Shown piece by piece: positions 1 through 14,659 of a stretch of 64,000 nucleotides of DNA. The notes beneath the pieces are model-generated. The model did no database searches, was not told the DNA's origin, and saw only the letters and a list, made by a program, of their open reading frames with translations. The first letter of the stretch is position 1; every line of letters starts with the position of its first letter. A program made the translations under genes and the position numbers. This stretch comes from the human T2T-CHM13v2.0 reference genome, Homo sapiens, in the NCBI RefSeq assembly GCF_009914755.1, contig NC_060927.1. One strand, 5' to 3'.

Positions 1-218
1 ATGGAAAGCCATCCAAGGTATTAAGCAGGGGGCTGACAAGGTAATTGCACTTTCCAAAGGTATCTATGACTGCAGTGTTGTGATCAAAATGGAGAAGAAC
101 AAGAGTGGATGCCAAGAAGCCAGATGAAAGTCTACTGTAGTAATCCAAATGATGCTAGCCTAGCCCAGGCAGCTGTGAGATGGCGGAAAGATGGCCAGAA
201 GAATATGTGTCTGGAAAG
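1..218 (-). mobile_element. L2 LINE fragment (continues at ~595-730 after the LTR insertion)
   Basis: Degenerate L2 antisense-type motifs on both sides of the LTR (e.g. 'gatgtcaaagataacgctatatttctggttaaacaactggatagatggtg'); boundaries approximate. Confidence 0.55.
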
Positions 219-589
219 TGCTATGTTTGAATACATTCCCAATGTTCACGTGACAGAAACTTAATCCCCAATGCAACAGTGTTAAAAGGTGGGACCTTTA
301 GGTGAGCAGGTCATGAGTGCTCTGCCCTCCAGAATGGATTAATGCCATTTTCGCTGGAGTGGGTTAGTTATTGTGGAAGTGGGTCCCTAATAAATGGACG
401 AGTTGGGCCCCCTTTTCCTCCTTCACTTCTCTCTTATGTGTGTGTGCTCTCTTGCTCTTCCGCTTTCCACCATTGGCCCCTTGACCTTGAACTTCCCAGC
501 CTCCAGGTGTGTAAGAAATAAATCTCTGTTCTGTATAAATTACTCAGTCTCAGGTATTCTGTTATAGCAGCATAAAATGAACTAAGACA
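219..589 (+). mobile_element. MaLR solo LTR (MST-like, e.g. MSTC/MSTD)
   Basis: TG...CA termini (tgctatg...actaagaca), MST-type motifs 'aaacttaatccccaatgcaacagtgtt' and 'gttatagcagcataaaatgaactaagaca', near-perfect 5-bp TSD gaaag/gaaaa. Confidence 0.85.
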
Positions 590-729
590 GAAAATCACTT
601 CATAGAGTTGTTCATGGACTATATTTGAGATGTGGATAGAGAAAGAGACGATGTCAAAGATAACGCTATATTTCTGGTTAAACAACTGGATAGATGGTGA
701 GATTATGGAACACTGGAAAAGGACTACAG

Positions 730-1390
730 TTCCCTTTCATCATAAAACATTTTAAAATTATAGTGTATGCTCACTGCCTCTATTTCATATATGTGTGTGT
801 ATGTGTATGTATGTATGTGTGTATGTGTACATGTATATTCTTGAAATCCTCTCTTTACTTGACTTGAATTATGTTTAACTATTTAACTTCCCAGGTTCTC
901 TCCTACTTTATAGTTCTTTTTATCTTTTCTCCTTTCCTGGGTTCTTTATCTTCTCTTACACTTTAGAGCTTTTTTCAGTAATTGGAAATATCATCTATCC
1001 ACACTTAAAACCGAAGCCATCTCTCCAGCTGCAACCTTGCTCTTCCAACCCAAGTCCTGTGTTGTCTACTACCTATGTTGACATTTCCCTGTGGCTGTCA
1101 TCTTTAGACTTCAAAATTCACTTGGCAAAATTAAACTCTTATCAGACCTAATAAATCTATACTGTCTCATGTTTCTGTTCATTGTACCACAAATCTTCCA
1201 GCTATTAAAGCCAATAATTGTCTTTGAATCCTCTTCCAACGATAGATCTAATTGGCCTACTGATTCTTCTTTCAAAATATCTTTTGTTTCTGTCACTTTT
1301 CTCTTCACAGACAAATAAAGTCCCTTTATTGGAACACTTTGGTTATTAAGATAGTTTGCTAAATAACCTCCTCAACTCTACCCTCATATT
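730..1390 (+). mobile_element. L2 LINE fragments, with a (TG/TA) microsatellite at ~787-835
   Basis: Pyrimidine-rich L2 ORF2-like remnants ('cttcaaaattcacttggcaaaattaaactctt'); highly diverged. Confidence 0.45.
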
Positions 1391-1394
1391 TTTC

Positions 1395-1515
1395 AAAGTG
1401 GTAGTTATTGAATCACCTGCACAAGAATTATCTGGGGAGCTTTGTAAAAACATCACTTCATGTGGCCCATATTTAATCAGAATCTTTTTGGGTAAGGCCT
1501 GGAAATTTACCAAAT
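1395..1515. mobile_element. MER5-like hAT DNA transposon fragment
   Basis: 'gaattatctggggagctttgtaaaaa...aatcagaatctttttgggtaaggcctggaaat' resembles the MER5 core. Confidence 0.5.
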
Positions 1516-2472
1516 ACTATAGATAGATCTTGCAATCTCTTTCTGCCCTGGGTTTCTTCTGCCTAGATCATGCAAATGAATAGTTTCCAAGCATGACCTT
1601 GATCATGGAACTTCCCTCATCACAGCCATTGGCTCTCACTTAACCAAGCAAATCAAGTCTTCTAGGACTGGATGTCAAGACCCTCCAATTTTTGATGGCC
1701 AGGTGAATTTCTAGCCTAATCCTTACCTCCCTTCTCTCATCCTGTTACAACTAAACTATACTACTTGCCATATCTCAAGCATGCCTATCATGTCTTTATA
1801 TCTCTGTCCCTGAGCCCCATGCATTTCAAACCTCCAGAAAAGGTCTCTTTCCCCTCTCATTTCCACCTCCCAAAATCTACCAATTCTCAATGGTTCCTCT
1901 TAAATAGAGCCTCCCCTTAATCCTTTCACATTTTTCCTCTTCCTTTTCTATTCCTTTCACTCCAAGCTAGAAGGAGCCTCTCCAATCTTTGAACTCCTTC
2001 AGCAGATTCTACCTTTTGGTACTTGCTTGTAACATAATTATATGTATAAATAAGTTTTCCTTTTTTACTTCTACTTACAAAATTGAAGACAGGAACTATA
2101 TTTTATGAAAAGATGAATTGATGAATAGAAAGAAAGTTGACCAGAGTTCAAAATCCATCTAGTGCATGTCCTTGGGCAAATAATTGAGTTCCCTTATTAA
2201 GTGAGATTATGTCACTTACTTTATAGAATTTTGGTCAGTATAAGTAGAGGTATCTTATAAAAAGATAAGCAATATGAAATGGCTAATATTTTATTTTCAC
2301 TAACAAAATGGAAATTTCATTATACCTGGTGGTTCTCTATATTTTAGTACGCTTTTCTTTAAAATAATGTTGTATACTATGCTTTACATCCACTTTACAA
2401 ATATTGCCCACTGAATATATAAATGAATATAGTAATGCTATCCCTATTAGCATGAAGAGAGAGAAGAATTAG

Positions 2473-2917
<445 letters not shown>

Positions 2918-3419
2918 TAACAATAAGCTAAAGCAAGCTCTTTTCTAATGAGAGAGTTCTGTTAAATAAAGGTCAACAAGAAAAGTAACAACACTCATTG
3001 TCTCTTGTTTACGGTCCATCTGAGCATCATGCAAACTTGCTCAAATTTCTCTCCTGTGCATTGTTACTTTACCTAGAGTTTATCTAAATCACATTACACT
3101 CTACCCTGGCTGGAATTCTTTGTCGTTAATCAGAATAACAATAGTTTCCAAATGTAACTTATAAAAAAGTATGCATATTTTTTTTTCTCTTCAGCTATCT
3201 TTCTATCCCCTTGCATTATTTATGAAAAGAAAAATACCTCTTGACCAGTTAACTTAAAGGAAACTCTTACCTTGATAAGGTCAGTGTTATGTTGGCTATA
3301 TAAGTAAATTAACTAAGGAATTGATGTCATTCTCAGATTCTTACTTTAATCTTCAGACTTTGCAACCCCAAGGAGAGATTCTTTGTCTAATATTTCCTTT
3401 GTTAAAAAATGATTTGCCC

Positions 3420-3777
<358 letters not shown>

Positions 3778-3949
3778 TTATACATTATTCAAGAGGTAGG
3801 TCAAGTTCCCAGGAGTTAGGAGTGAGATAGTGAGAGAAATGCCATACAAAGTTACACAGTGCTTTGGATATTTTAATAGACAGAAAAAATATTACGAACA
3901 GAAGCTAAGAAAAGAACAAAGCTCTAAGAAGGAACATCAGTATTAGCAG

Positions 3950-4145
3950 GGTTCCAATCTCTTTTTTGCCACTAGTGTGGCAATTATGTGATATTGAGAA
4001 GTTAGCATCTCGGTGCCTCAGTTTCCTCCTCTGTAAAATGGGATCTGAATACCGGCCACACAAGGGCTTTTGTATAAGTTAAATGAAATCATGTATGCCA
4101 CGTGGCTAGCACAGTGCAGCACATAGTAGCATTTCAATAAATGAC
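3950..4145 (+). mobile_element. MIR SINE
   Basis: MIR core 'gtgcctcagtttcctcctctgtaaaatggg' and 3' 'agcacagtg...cacatagtag'. Confidence 0.8.
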
Positions 4146-4529
4146 TCCTGTTTTTATTATTAAGATGAGAGTGGGTAATCATGTCAAATATTACAGAGAA
4201 TTCAAAGGAAGAGCTTTGGATTTTGGATTTTGGATTTTGGCTCTGAATTCAATGAAAAAGCGGGAGACCATTTTCCACAAAGAGGATAAGCACCAAAATC
4301 AGGTTGCAATGACATTAAAGGACTGAGCAAGTGGTGAGGATGCAGATTTTTCTTTCCAAGAAAAAATTTTCCCCAAAAGGAAAGTAAGAGTGAGGGCAGT
4401 TGACAAAGGGCCGGTGAGGATGAAGGAACAGTACAGATGCTTTTTCTTCCCAGAGGCTGGCTGTGAGGGCTTTTTAGTAGTTGATGAACTAGTATCTTAT
4501 CCTATTTTGTAGATTACACATTGAATTCA

Positions 4530-4710
4530 CTCTAAACTTATCTCCTATTATTCTCACAACTCTGTGTGGTGAGCATCACCATCCCCATTTAGGACAGAAA
4601 AACTGAAGTTAAAAAGCATTGAAAGTCCTATCCCAAGTCCCATGACAAGTAATGGCAGAGCCAGGCTTTCCACCAGCTCTTCTAATGTAAACTGCAGGCC
4701 ACACTGCCTG
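4530..4710 (-). mobile_element. MIR SINE
   Basis: 'atccccatttaggacagaaaaactgaag...cccaagtcccatgacaagtaatggcagagcc'. Confidence 0.65.
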
Positions 4711-5235
4711 ACCTAACTATGAACCCATCACTTCGGCCTTTCGAACCTTCTTCACTAAGACATGTGCATTTTCAGAGAGGATTTGGAGGGAAAATCCTTG
4801 GAGAAATAGTTGTTTATTCTAAGGGGGCCACTGCTAACAAGTCCTTAAAAATATCCACAATGTTGCACAACATTTATTGAGCATTTTGTAGATGGCAGAC
4901 AGTTTACACAATAATATCAGTTATAGCTTGTGAGCCCTTATTAAGTGCAAGGATTGTACTAGGCATTTTACCTGCATTCTGTCATTTAAAGTTCAGAAGA
5001 GTCCTAAAATCCCTATCGTGCACTTGAGAAATCTCTCGCTCAGAAAGCATGATCAGCTTGCCCAAGGTACACAACTTGTAGATGGCAAAGCCAATATTCA
5101 AGCTGAAGCCTGCCAGACTGACAGACCTTCAGATATCCCATTTGACACCTGCTGGCCATTTGACACACTTTCTCCCTAGGTACCAGTGTGCACAAGCCCC
5201 AAGTGTGCAGGTCTGGACTGTGAGGTCCTAAGAGG

Positions 5236-5287
5236 ACCCAGAGCTCCGGAACCCAGAGCTGCCACACCCAGAGCTCCGGAACCCAGA
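5236..5287. repeat. Short tandem array, 15-bp unit x ~3.5 (acccagagctccgga / acccagagctgccac)
   Basis: Read directly: units at 5236, 5251, 5266, partial at 5281. Confidence 0.9.
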
Positions 5288-6786
5288 AGAAAGCATATGA
5301 CTCACACACAAACGTCTGGGGCAGCTAACCCAGGCAATCTGCTTTCCTGTGGATCAAAATCTATCTTAGAATTCCCTTTGTATATGCACAAGGTAATGCA
5401 TGGCTGGTCCCCATCCAGACGCTGACCAAGGTTTACAGATACGATTCTAAATGTCGACTGTGGAAGAATGATGTAACAGCACTCCCACCACAAACTCCCA
5501 CACTGAGGAGTTGCGAAAGAGAAAGAAGAGTCCAGCAAAGAAGGAAAATGTTTCATAACAGATTTCCTATTCTTTTCTTAACATATCAAATTGTTTCTCT
5601 ATTTTTCTGCAGTTTTATTTTTTGAATTAACCCCCCCCCAAAATATTCTATTCTTTTGCCACCATCCTAAGACAATTCAGTTTGACAACCCATTTCAGAC
5701 AAAATACTATTATGCCTCTATTTTATTTACCTAATAATTTCCATAACTGTATAGCAATGGTACTATAAGCTTTATTTCCTTTCTGTCTCATTTCCCCAAA
5801 ATCAGCCTTGAGCTCATTAATATGATGCATGGGGCTGCTTTTCTATAAAATCACCTTTTCCCAAACTAGGTAGAATTTAGACCATAGTTCTTTCCATCTC
5901 TATTAGTTTGTTAAATATATATTTGTAACTGTTTTAACTCAAGCAAATATAATAAGTATCCTTGCTTTTGCTTTTCTCTAAATTATAGGAATTCAAACAA
6001 TCTATTATTCTAAAATTATTATAATTAGTATTCAAAAGCAATGTCCTAATAAGTCACATATTTTAAGCCTCAGTAGTCCACTAGATTTGTGAATAAATAC
6101 CATAGTCACTTCTGACAGCCCCCGTAATGATGCTTAGATTTCTCTCTTCTTTGCTAACTAGTGCAGAGTTTGATGTTACTCGTGTTTCGAAGGCCTAATA
6201 ACACCTAAGCGTTTCTTACTGGTAGTTCTACAATAAAGATAAGCAGAAAACAACTGCCCTATGTTGTTATCTTAGCTGGATTTTTGTCACTGCTTGTCAA
6301 CATGCTTCCTCTGCAGTGATATTGCATTCATTCATAATCACAAAAGAAAATCAATTTTAATAAAACATTAAAATGAAATTTCACCCGAACCTTCACCTGA
6401 AACTTGAACTTCTAAATTGCAGTTCATCTAAAGTCAGTTAAGATTTATGACAGATACATAAAATGTGAGGAAGGAAACAGATTTCCCTTATTATCCTACC
6501 TAAGTACAATCTGGCACCATGCTAGAAAAGAACCTGAAATCCTGGTTTGTGGCTAGTCTTAATCTGGATATGTTTATAAGATTTGATTCCAACTTTTGAA
6601 AAATGAACTGAAAATTGGCCAACACAGACTTTTAACAATGCCCACTGAAAACAAAATTAAAAGGCATGGACAAACCACTCAAATGCAAGAAATGATGGGA
6701 ATTGTGACCCAGACACAGAAAGAGAGTTTTTGGCTGAGGAATGTCACTCAGCACTGAGCATTCTCTGATCAGCTTCAGAGAGATTC

Positions 6787-7089
6787 CTTTTTTTTTTTTT
6801 TTTGACAGTCTCCCTCTGTGGCCCAGGCTGGAGTGCAGTGGCACCACCTCAGCTCACGGCAACCTTCATTTCGTCTCCTGGTTTCAAGTGATTCTCTTGC
6901 CTCATCACTCCCAGGGAGCAGAGATTATGGGCGCGCATGCTATCACACCCAGATAATTTTTGTATTTTTAGTAGAGATGGGGTTTCACCATGTTGGCCAG
7001 GCTGTTCTCAAACTCCCAACCTCAAGGGATCTGCCTGTCTTGGTCTCCCAAAGTGCTGGGATTACAGGTTTGAGCCACCGCACCCAGCC
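6787..7089 (-). mobile_element. Alu (old AluS/J-type)
   Basis: Poly-T tail, two arms, TSD agagattc at 6779-6786 and 7090-7097. Confidence 0.95.
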
Positions 7090-7249
7090 AGAGATTCTAT
7101 AGTACTGGAGGATTGTTCATATCGGTTTTCCTAAAAATAAAAGAAGGAATGAAGGTAAGCAGAGAAAAGAAAAATGCAAATAATTAGACAAAACCATTGA
7201 AAAGAAATATACCACAGCCAGATTGTTTTAACAAAAACTATTAAAATTA

Positions 7250-7490
7250 TTAATAGCTAACATTTATTGATTACCTATTATGTGTCAGGTGTTATGCTTA
7301 CATGATTATCTCATCTCATCCTGATGATAAAGCTATGAGGTAGGTTTTTTTTTTAATATCTGTTTCTCAGATGAGGAAAATGAGGCACAGAAAAGACCTT
7401 CAACTTCTTCAAAGTTACAGTTAACAAGTGTTAAGGCCTAATTCAAATTCAGTTGATCCAATCCTGATTCCAGAGTTATATACTTTATCC
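7250..7490 (-). mobile_element. MIR SINE
   Basis: 'aatagctaacatttattga...cagatgaggaaaatgaggcacaga'. Confidence 0.75.
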
Positions 7491-8569
7491 CCATCGCAAT
7501 AAAATTTCAAACCACTATGCAGGTAAAATAATAACCTTCAGAGGATATGGTTGTAGATAAATTTGAATCAACTTTTAATAAGAATTCAAGCCTGAAATAT
7601 TTATTGGAGTCAAATCTCGAAACTACAACTGGTACCAAAGAACCATGCCTATTGTCATCTGGTGTTACAGAATTGAACTTCAAATCACAGTGATATTTAG
7701 AGAGTTCATAAACATGTATTGTTTAAAGAAAAAAATATTTGTTTCTCTTACCAGTGTCACCTAGAACCTTATTAGAAATGTCAATTCCTTTCTTTCTTTC
7801 TGATGTAGAACAAGTGACCCAACTTGCAAATTAATTTAATTCAATTCTTTTTAACAATCAATTCTCAGGCCCCTTTCAGAAAAAAAAGCACTTATGCTTT
7901 TCCTTCCTCTCAAAAATAAAGAACTCAAGTTTGCATTATTTCTATGAAATAAGTATAATTTACACTCAGAAGTCAGTAGGCTAGTAAGAAACTAGGGTTG
8001 ATAAACAGACTGGAAGACATGTTCCCTTACTCTCAAGTTGCTTGCAAATTAGTACTGATTACTATTCAAAAGAAAGCAATGTCTTGGTTTTCAAAAGCAT
8101 ATGGGTCTTGTGTAAGGACATGGGTCTCTGCTCTCTGCAAGTGACTTTATTATGGATAGAGGTTGTCTAGAGAGGACTTCACAAGGCTGTCAAACTAATC
8201 CTTCCTTAGCAGGTAGCTGATAAGAACATATGACCAAGACCAATGTTCTTGTCATTTAAATTAGAATTACTTAAAGTTGATGCCTTCTGGATGAAAAGAG
8301 AGGTGATAGAAATGGTGGTCTGACAGATCAGAGGAGCTGGTATGTTAGAAGAGTGTCCTCACACATGGTAAGCCCCCATGCTACCTGCTGCTCAGGTGGA
8401 CTCTGCAACTGGGAAGTTCCAAGAACAATGAGAGTCAAAAGAAAGACTGAACAGAACATCTTACTCTTTCTCAATAAAATAACTCTTCATTGTCCACAAA
8501 CCTTCCCCAAGCAAAAAATTTTCTTCCCTGTGCCGCCAGCTCCTGTTGTATGACACAACACCCAATTTA

Positions 8570-8812
8570 GTCTAATGGAATCACATGAAGTTAAGAGCGT
8601 GGGCTTTCACACCTGGGATTTGGACCTTGTCCTCTCATTACTAGCTGTGTCATCTTGGGCAAGTTACTTAATGTTTTGAGCATCAGTTTCTACATCTATA
8701 AAATGGGTGCTCATAATATTTATCTTGCAGGTCTTTTGGGAAGTTTGAATGAAATGACATATATAACACATGTGCTCATATGATGGGTGAGCAATCAAAA
8801 CTAGCCGTTGTT
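8570..8812 (+). mobile_element. MIR SINE
   Basis: 'ctagctgtgtcatcttgggcaagttacttaa...cagtttctacatctataaaatggg'. Confidence 0.8.
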
Positions 8813-8989
8813 ATAAAAGCATGGGCTATGTTTACAAAGCCCTATTGTCATTATTCACTTTATGGTGAATAGCCATTTCCACTGTATTGCAGTTTGTGGG
8901 GAGGAGGCCCAGGGTGAGAAAGAATGGGGAGGTATTTTTGTTTACTCAGATAGATTGTAAGTCCCTCATCCTTGATACTAACTACATCC

Positions 8990-10700
<1,711 letters not shown>

Positions 10701-12065
10701 ACATTGAGGGTGCAAAAGTAAGACTGGGCCATTAAAGAAATTTAAAGCATTCCGAATAACTATTAAGATTTCCACAGAGATAAACAAGGTAACTGTCCAA
10801 TTACTGCTTTATTCTCTCTACCCTTATTCGTTGGCCATGCCTTTACAAAGAAAGGGCATTACTGTGTTTCTTGTTACTCTTATGAAAAAGAGAAAAAGAA
10901 ATATTATAATTGGGGAACAGATAGAAGAATAGTAACGTTAATAGAGCTTTAGTGAAGGCTTTAAGTAAAGGTATCAAGAATAAGGAAATCTAAGCAGTGC
11001 ATTGAGATCTCTGTGAAATCAGTGAGAATTCATCCTTGATGGTATCTTGGAGATTATCTCACCCACCATTTAAATTATGAGTAAACTAGGGTTCAGAGAC
11101 ATTCTGTGATTTGACCACCATCAAACAGCAAGTTAGCAACACCAAGAGACATTGAAACGAAACCTTGGAGCCCCACACCAGTGCCTTCAGCTCCTGCACA
11201 CACTTGGCCTCCTGACCTCTGCTGTGAGGTTCCTGGTTAGCAAAATGGCTGTCGTTCTTTTGGGAGGATTAATAAGAAAATCTGTAAATTGGTTTTAGCT
11301 CTTTGCAAGAGAGAAAAAAAAACTATGTGCAATTTCTTCTTTATTGCTGTTATTATGTGAACCAGATTGAATTGCTGCATCTCTGAAGAGTTTCTTATGA
11401 CTAGTGTGAAGTTTCCCATTTTAACCCGTCAATTTTAAATTGCCCATACAATACACAGATAACTGACTGTAATAATTCAGTTGCCACACTCAATACATTG
11501 TTTGAAATCCAATGAAAGGCAAAAGGAAAACTTGCAATCCTACAGAATCAGCAGGATAGATCCTGCAAGCTGTAACAGGACTTATTTTAAGTAATTAAAA
11601 AGGAGTTGTGTGTGTAGTAACAAGATCAGTGGGTCTCCTCTGCATGGCTACAATACAAGGATAGGAGCTGCAATTCTCTGGGCCTGGGGTTTTTTAAATC
11701 TGTAAAACAAGATGAATAAGCTAGAACACTTCTTTCAGAATTAAGCCTCTCTCATTTCTGTCTGTATTTTAATTTTTGTCATCCCTCCACCAACATTTCT
11801 AAAATAGTTCAAAACAAACTATAAAGAATATTTCATGGATCATAGTTCCAGGTTTTTTTAAAATCATAAATAAATTTATGGCTCAATTTCAGGTTCCTTA
11901 TCAGTAAAATAGAGGAGCGTTGGTGTAAATATTCTAAACTCAGCTCTGTGCTTCAGTGGGCTTTTCACTACCTTTAGTTAGTTGCACTAGGCTGGTTGCT
12001 GTTTACCTTGCATGGTTGACTGCTCTCTTCTCACATTGTGTGCCAGGAAGGGCACTGCACCTTGG

Positions 12066-12071
12066 TATAAA
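12066..12071 (+). promoter_or_regulatory. TATA box of a candidate tissue-specific promoter
   Basis: TATAAA in unique sequence, forkhead-type TGTTTAC at 12000-12006 and ETS-like CAGGAAG at 12044-12050 upstream, exon plus splice donor downstream. Confidence 0.55.
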
Positions 12072-12075
12072 TGCT

Positions 12076-12230
12076 GCTGGGCACCGTTCTGTTTTCTTTC
12101 TTTTCTTAATCCTATCCAAGTATGCAGTACGCTCTTGGGTCGTCTCATGAGACCCAGGGGCATGTTGGAAAGAACTGAGAGAAAGAGCAACAAAGCGGCG
12201 AGTGGTGTGAGAGGGCAGCACGCGCTGTGG
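12076..12230 (+). other. KCNMB2: Non-coding alternative first (5'-UTR) exon, probably of KCNMB2 (BK channel beta-2 subunit); 5' splice site TGG|GTAAGC at 12230/12231
   Basis: Strong donor GG|GTAAGC, locally retained CpGs, upstream TATA. The sequence 'gctgggcaccgttctg...gagcaacaaagcggcgagtggtgtgagagggcagcacgcgctgtgg' matches my recollection of a KCNMB2 mRNA 5' end; this is memory, not a search. The exact TSS is uncertain. Confidence 0.7.
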
Positions 12231-13141
12231 GTAAGCTGGACTCACCCAAAGAACTGTATTTATTTTGCATTCATCCCCATGAATTAATAAAAAGAATTGG
12301 TGATACACAAAGAGAGGAGAGGCTACAATTTAAAAGAGCTGTATTGGTTTGGATGTTTTGTAAAATGATTACATGATGGAAAAGTGTAGAAAATGCAATA
12401 TTTGCTGGCTTTGGAACTATCTGTATGACTATAAAGTCAGGAGTGGAGGGACATGAGGACTTGTGAGAATGGTTTTTTTCACAGGGAAGTGATTTTTCTT
12501 TTCTTAGTTGGATTTAGGGTTATTCTTGATTCTAGTGCATATTTTCTCATATTTTAAAACATTGCGTGATGTTAATTCACAAGTCTCAGATTTCAACTTT
12601 AATATAATACATTGGAATCATGATTTTTTCTCAGCCTTTCAAATTCTCAAGTATTTTACTATGAGAATTTTCTTGTATTTGAACAATTTTTTAAAAGAAG
12701 CTCTGTCTAGACACGCAAACTGAGTTGGAAAATGGATATAAGCATCTAGATGACTCTATAAAAAAAGTATCTTCATTGTTTTAGGCAACAAGTGTCTAGT
12801 CTTCACTGGTATTAATTATCCAAATATGTATTTTATATCACTAATTAACTTTTCACACCTAGAAATTGTCTTACAAAAACATTTAACAACACTATTATTT
12901 TCCAGGACCCTTTTTTCCTCTGCATACTAGATCACAGTATTTTTAGTGATGAGGAAATATATACAAATTCAAACTGACAGCAATTCATGAATCTCTAATA
13001 TTCCTGGTATATGTTGTCCACTTTGCGAAAATGATTATTAATAGCCTGACTGCAAAATTGTTTAAGAAACCTTTCATTTTAAATTAGCCATAATTTATTT
13101 TTTCAGACTATACAGATGTATTAAGGTCATTTTCCTTGCCC

Positions 13142-13315
13142 ATATTTAGTTTTCCCTGTTTAATAAAAATTATATATATATAAAATATATAATACAAATA
13201 TGTATAAAATATATATTAAAACAATATATGTATATTTATATACTCTTTTATGAATACACAGCATATTTATTATATATTATACATATCTTTTTTATTAAAC
13301 AGGGAAAATGAATAT
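13142..13315. repeat. AT-rich inverted repeat (palindrome) around a (TA)-rich core
   Basis: ttttccctgtttaataaaaa (13150-13169) is the exact reverse complement of tttttattaaacagggaaaa (13289-13308); imperfect pairing extends inward. Confidence 0.9.
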
Positions 13316-13949
13316 ATAAATTACTAATATATATAAATTACTTTTTATATATATATAAATTAAGAACCACAAGAAAGAAAATAATTGGCAAGTAATTAGT
13401 CAGTTCATTTGATTATTTTAGATCACCAAACAAAATACTTCAAGTTTTCCAAGATAGTTTGTACCATTTGGCTCAAATGTTTCCTCTGAGGGGCTAATTT
13501 ATTAGCAACAACAGAGTGAGTTAGAGATAAGAAAGGATGAGAACCCAAGTAATTGACATCCAATCAGGAGGCCTTTGTCTAAGAATCTGAGGTGACTAAT
13601 AAAAACTGACAATCAAAGGGAGGGAGACTTCTATCTGGAGGGTATTTCTCATGAAAACAAATAATGCAAAATTAAATTAAAGATATCACCCCACTGAAGC
13701 GATTGCTATTCCCAACTTTATCCTTAGAATTCTTTTTCCAAGCTTGAGATTACTGCATGGGCAAATGCGCTCCACTGAGCCGCACAAGCACAAGCACACC
13801 TAGACCAATCAACCAGTAGTCAGCCAATCAATGAAATCTATCCAAAGCCAAAGTTTTCTTTTCCTAAATGTAGCGAGATAATTGGCTTTGCTCTACACTG
13901 TTCTTTGATAGAGAGTTCACTGACTTAAGGTGATAAAGATTTTAAACAT

Positions 13950-14170
13950 TAGCTAACATTTTTGAGCACTACGTGTTGGGGATGTGCCAAATGATTTCTG
14001 TCTTGTCTTTTATCAGAATTTTTGAAATAACTATATGAAGTTAGTGCATTTTTGTCCCCAGATGTGGACACTAAGGCTTGACTACAGTTGCTTGCCCAAG
14101 ATAACACAGCTGCTAAACAACAGAACCAGGATGCAAACCCAGCGTGACCTGAGCCACCACCCTATACCAT
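13950..14170 (-). mobile_element. MIR SINE
   Basis: 'agctaacatttttgagcactacgtg...cttgcccaagataacacagctgctaa...ccaggatgcaaacccag'. Confidence 0.75.
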
Positions 14171-14659
14171 CTCCTTAGGCACAGCACTGTTTTGCTTCAG
14201 ATGCTTCTGGACACTCAGAAGCACACAGCAGAGTATCAGTTATCTGAGGCTAAAAGGCATGCCATATGTTGCCTCTGCATCCAAAAAAGTGCCAACAATA
14301 ATGCCACACTCAGAGTGGTGCTTGAAAAATATCTATTGAATCGTATTCACAAATGAAAACTCTTTTCTCTAATGATGTATCATCTCACTCCACTAAGAAA
14401 TCAAGTATGGCTCCATAAAATTTTAGTCATAAGGATAATGTTATTTGAACAGGAACAAGATGGCATTATGAATAATAGATTTCAATCTATTAAGCACAGA
14501 GCTACAGCAACAGTTTAACAGGATAATGCAAGGATTATTATAAAATTTTTAGAGATTACTGTAAGTAGCACATGATCCCCTTTGCTATCAATAAAAACAA
14601 AACAATGCTGAGAAATAGGCCATTTTGTTTATTTGCTTTTACATGAAAGCTGTGTGGAG

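Noticed and set aside
6125-6215. Possible C/D-box snoRNA starting at 'atgatg'
   Set aside because: No properly placed terminal CTGA D box or closing stem
12003-12308. Overlapping 91-101 aa ORFs across the first exon
   Set aside because: No recognisable protein similarity; they run through the TATA box and splice donor, so they are best explained as chance frames
14201-14225. 8-bp stem hairpin tgcttctg/cagaagca (and similar at ~25994-26020, 37781-37795)
   Set aside because: Stems this short are expected by chance in 64 kb
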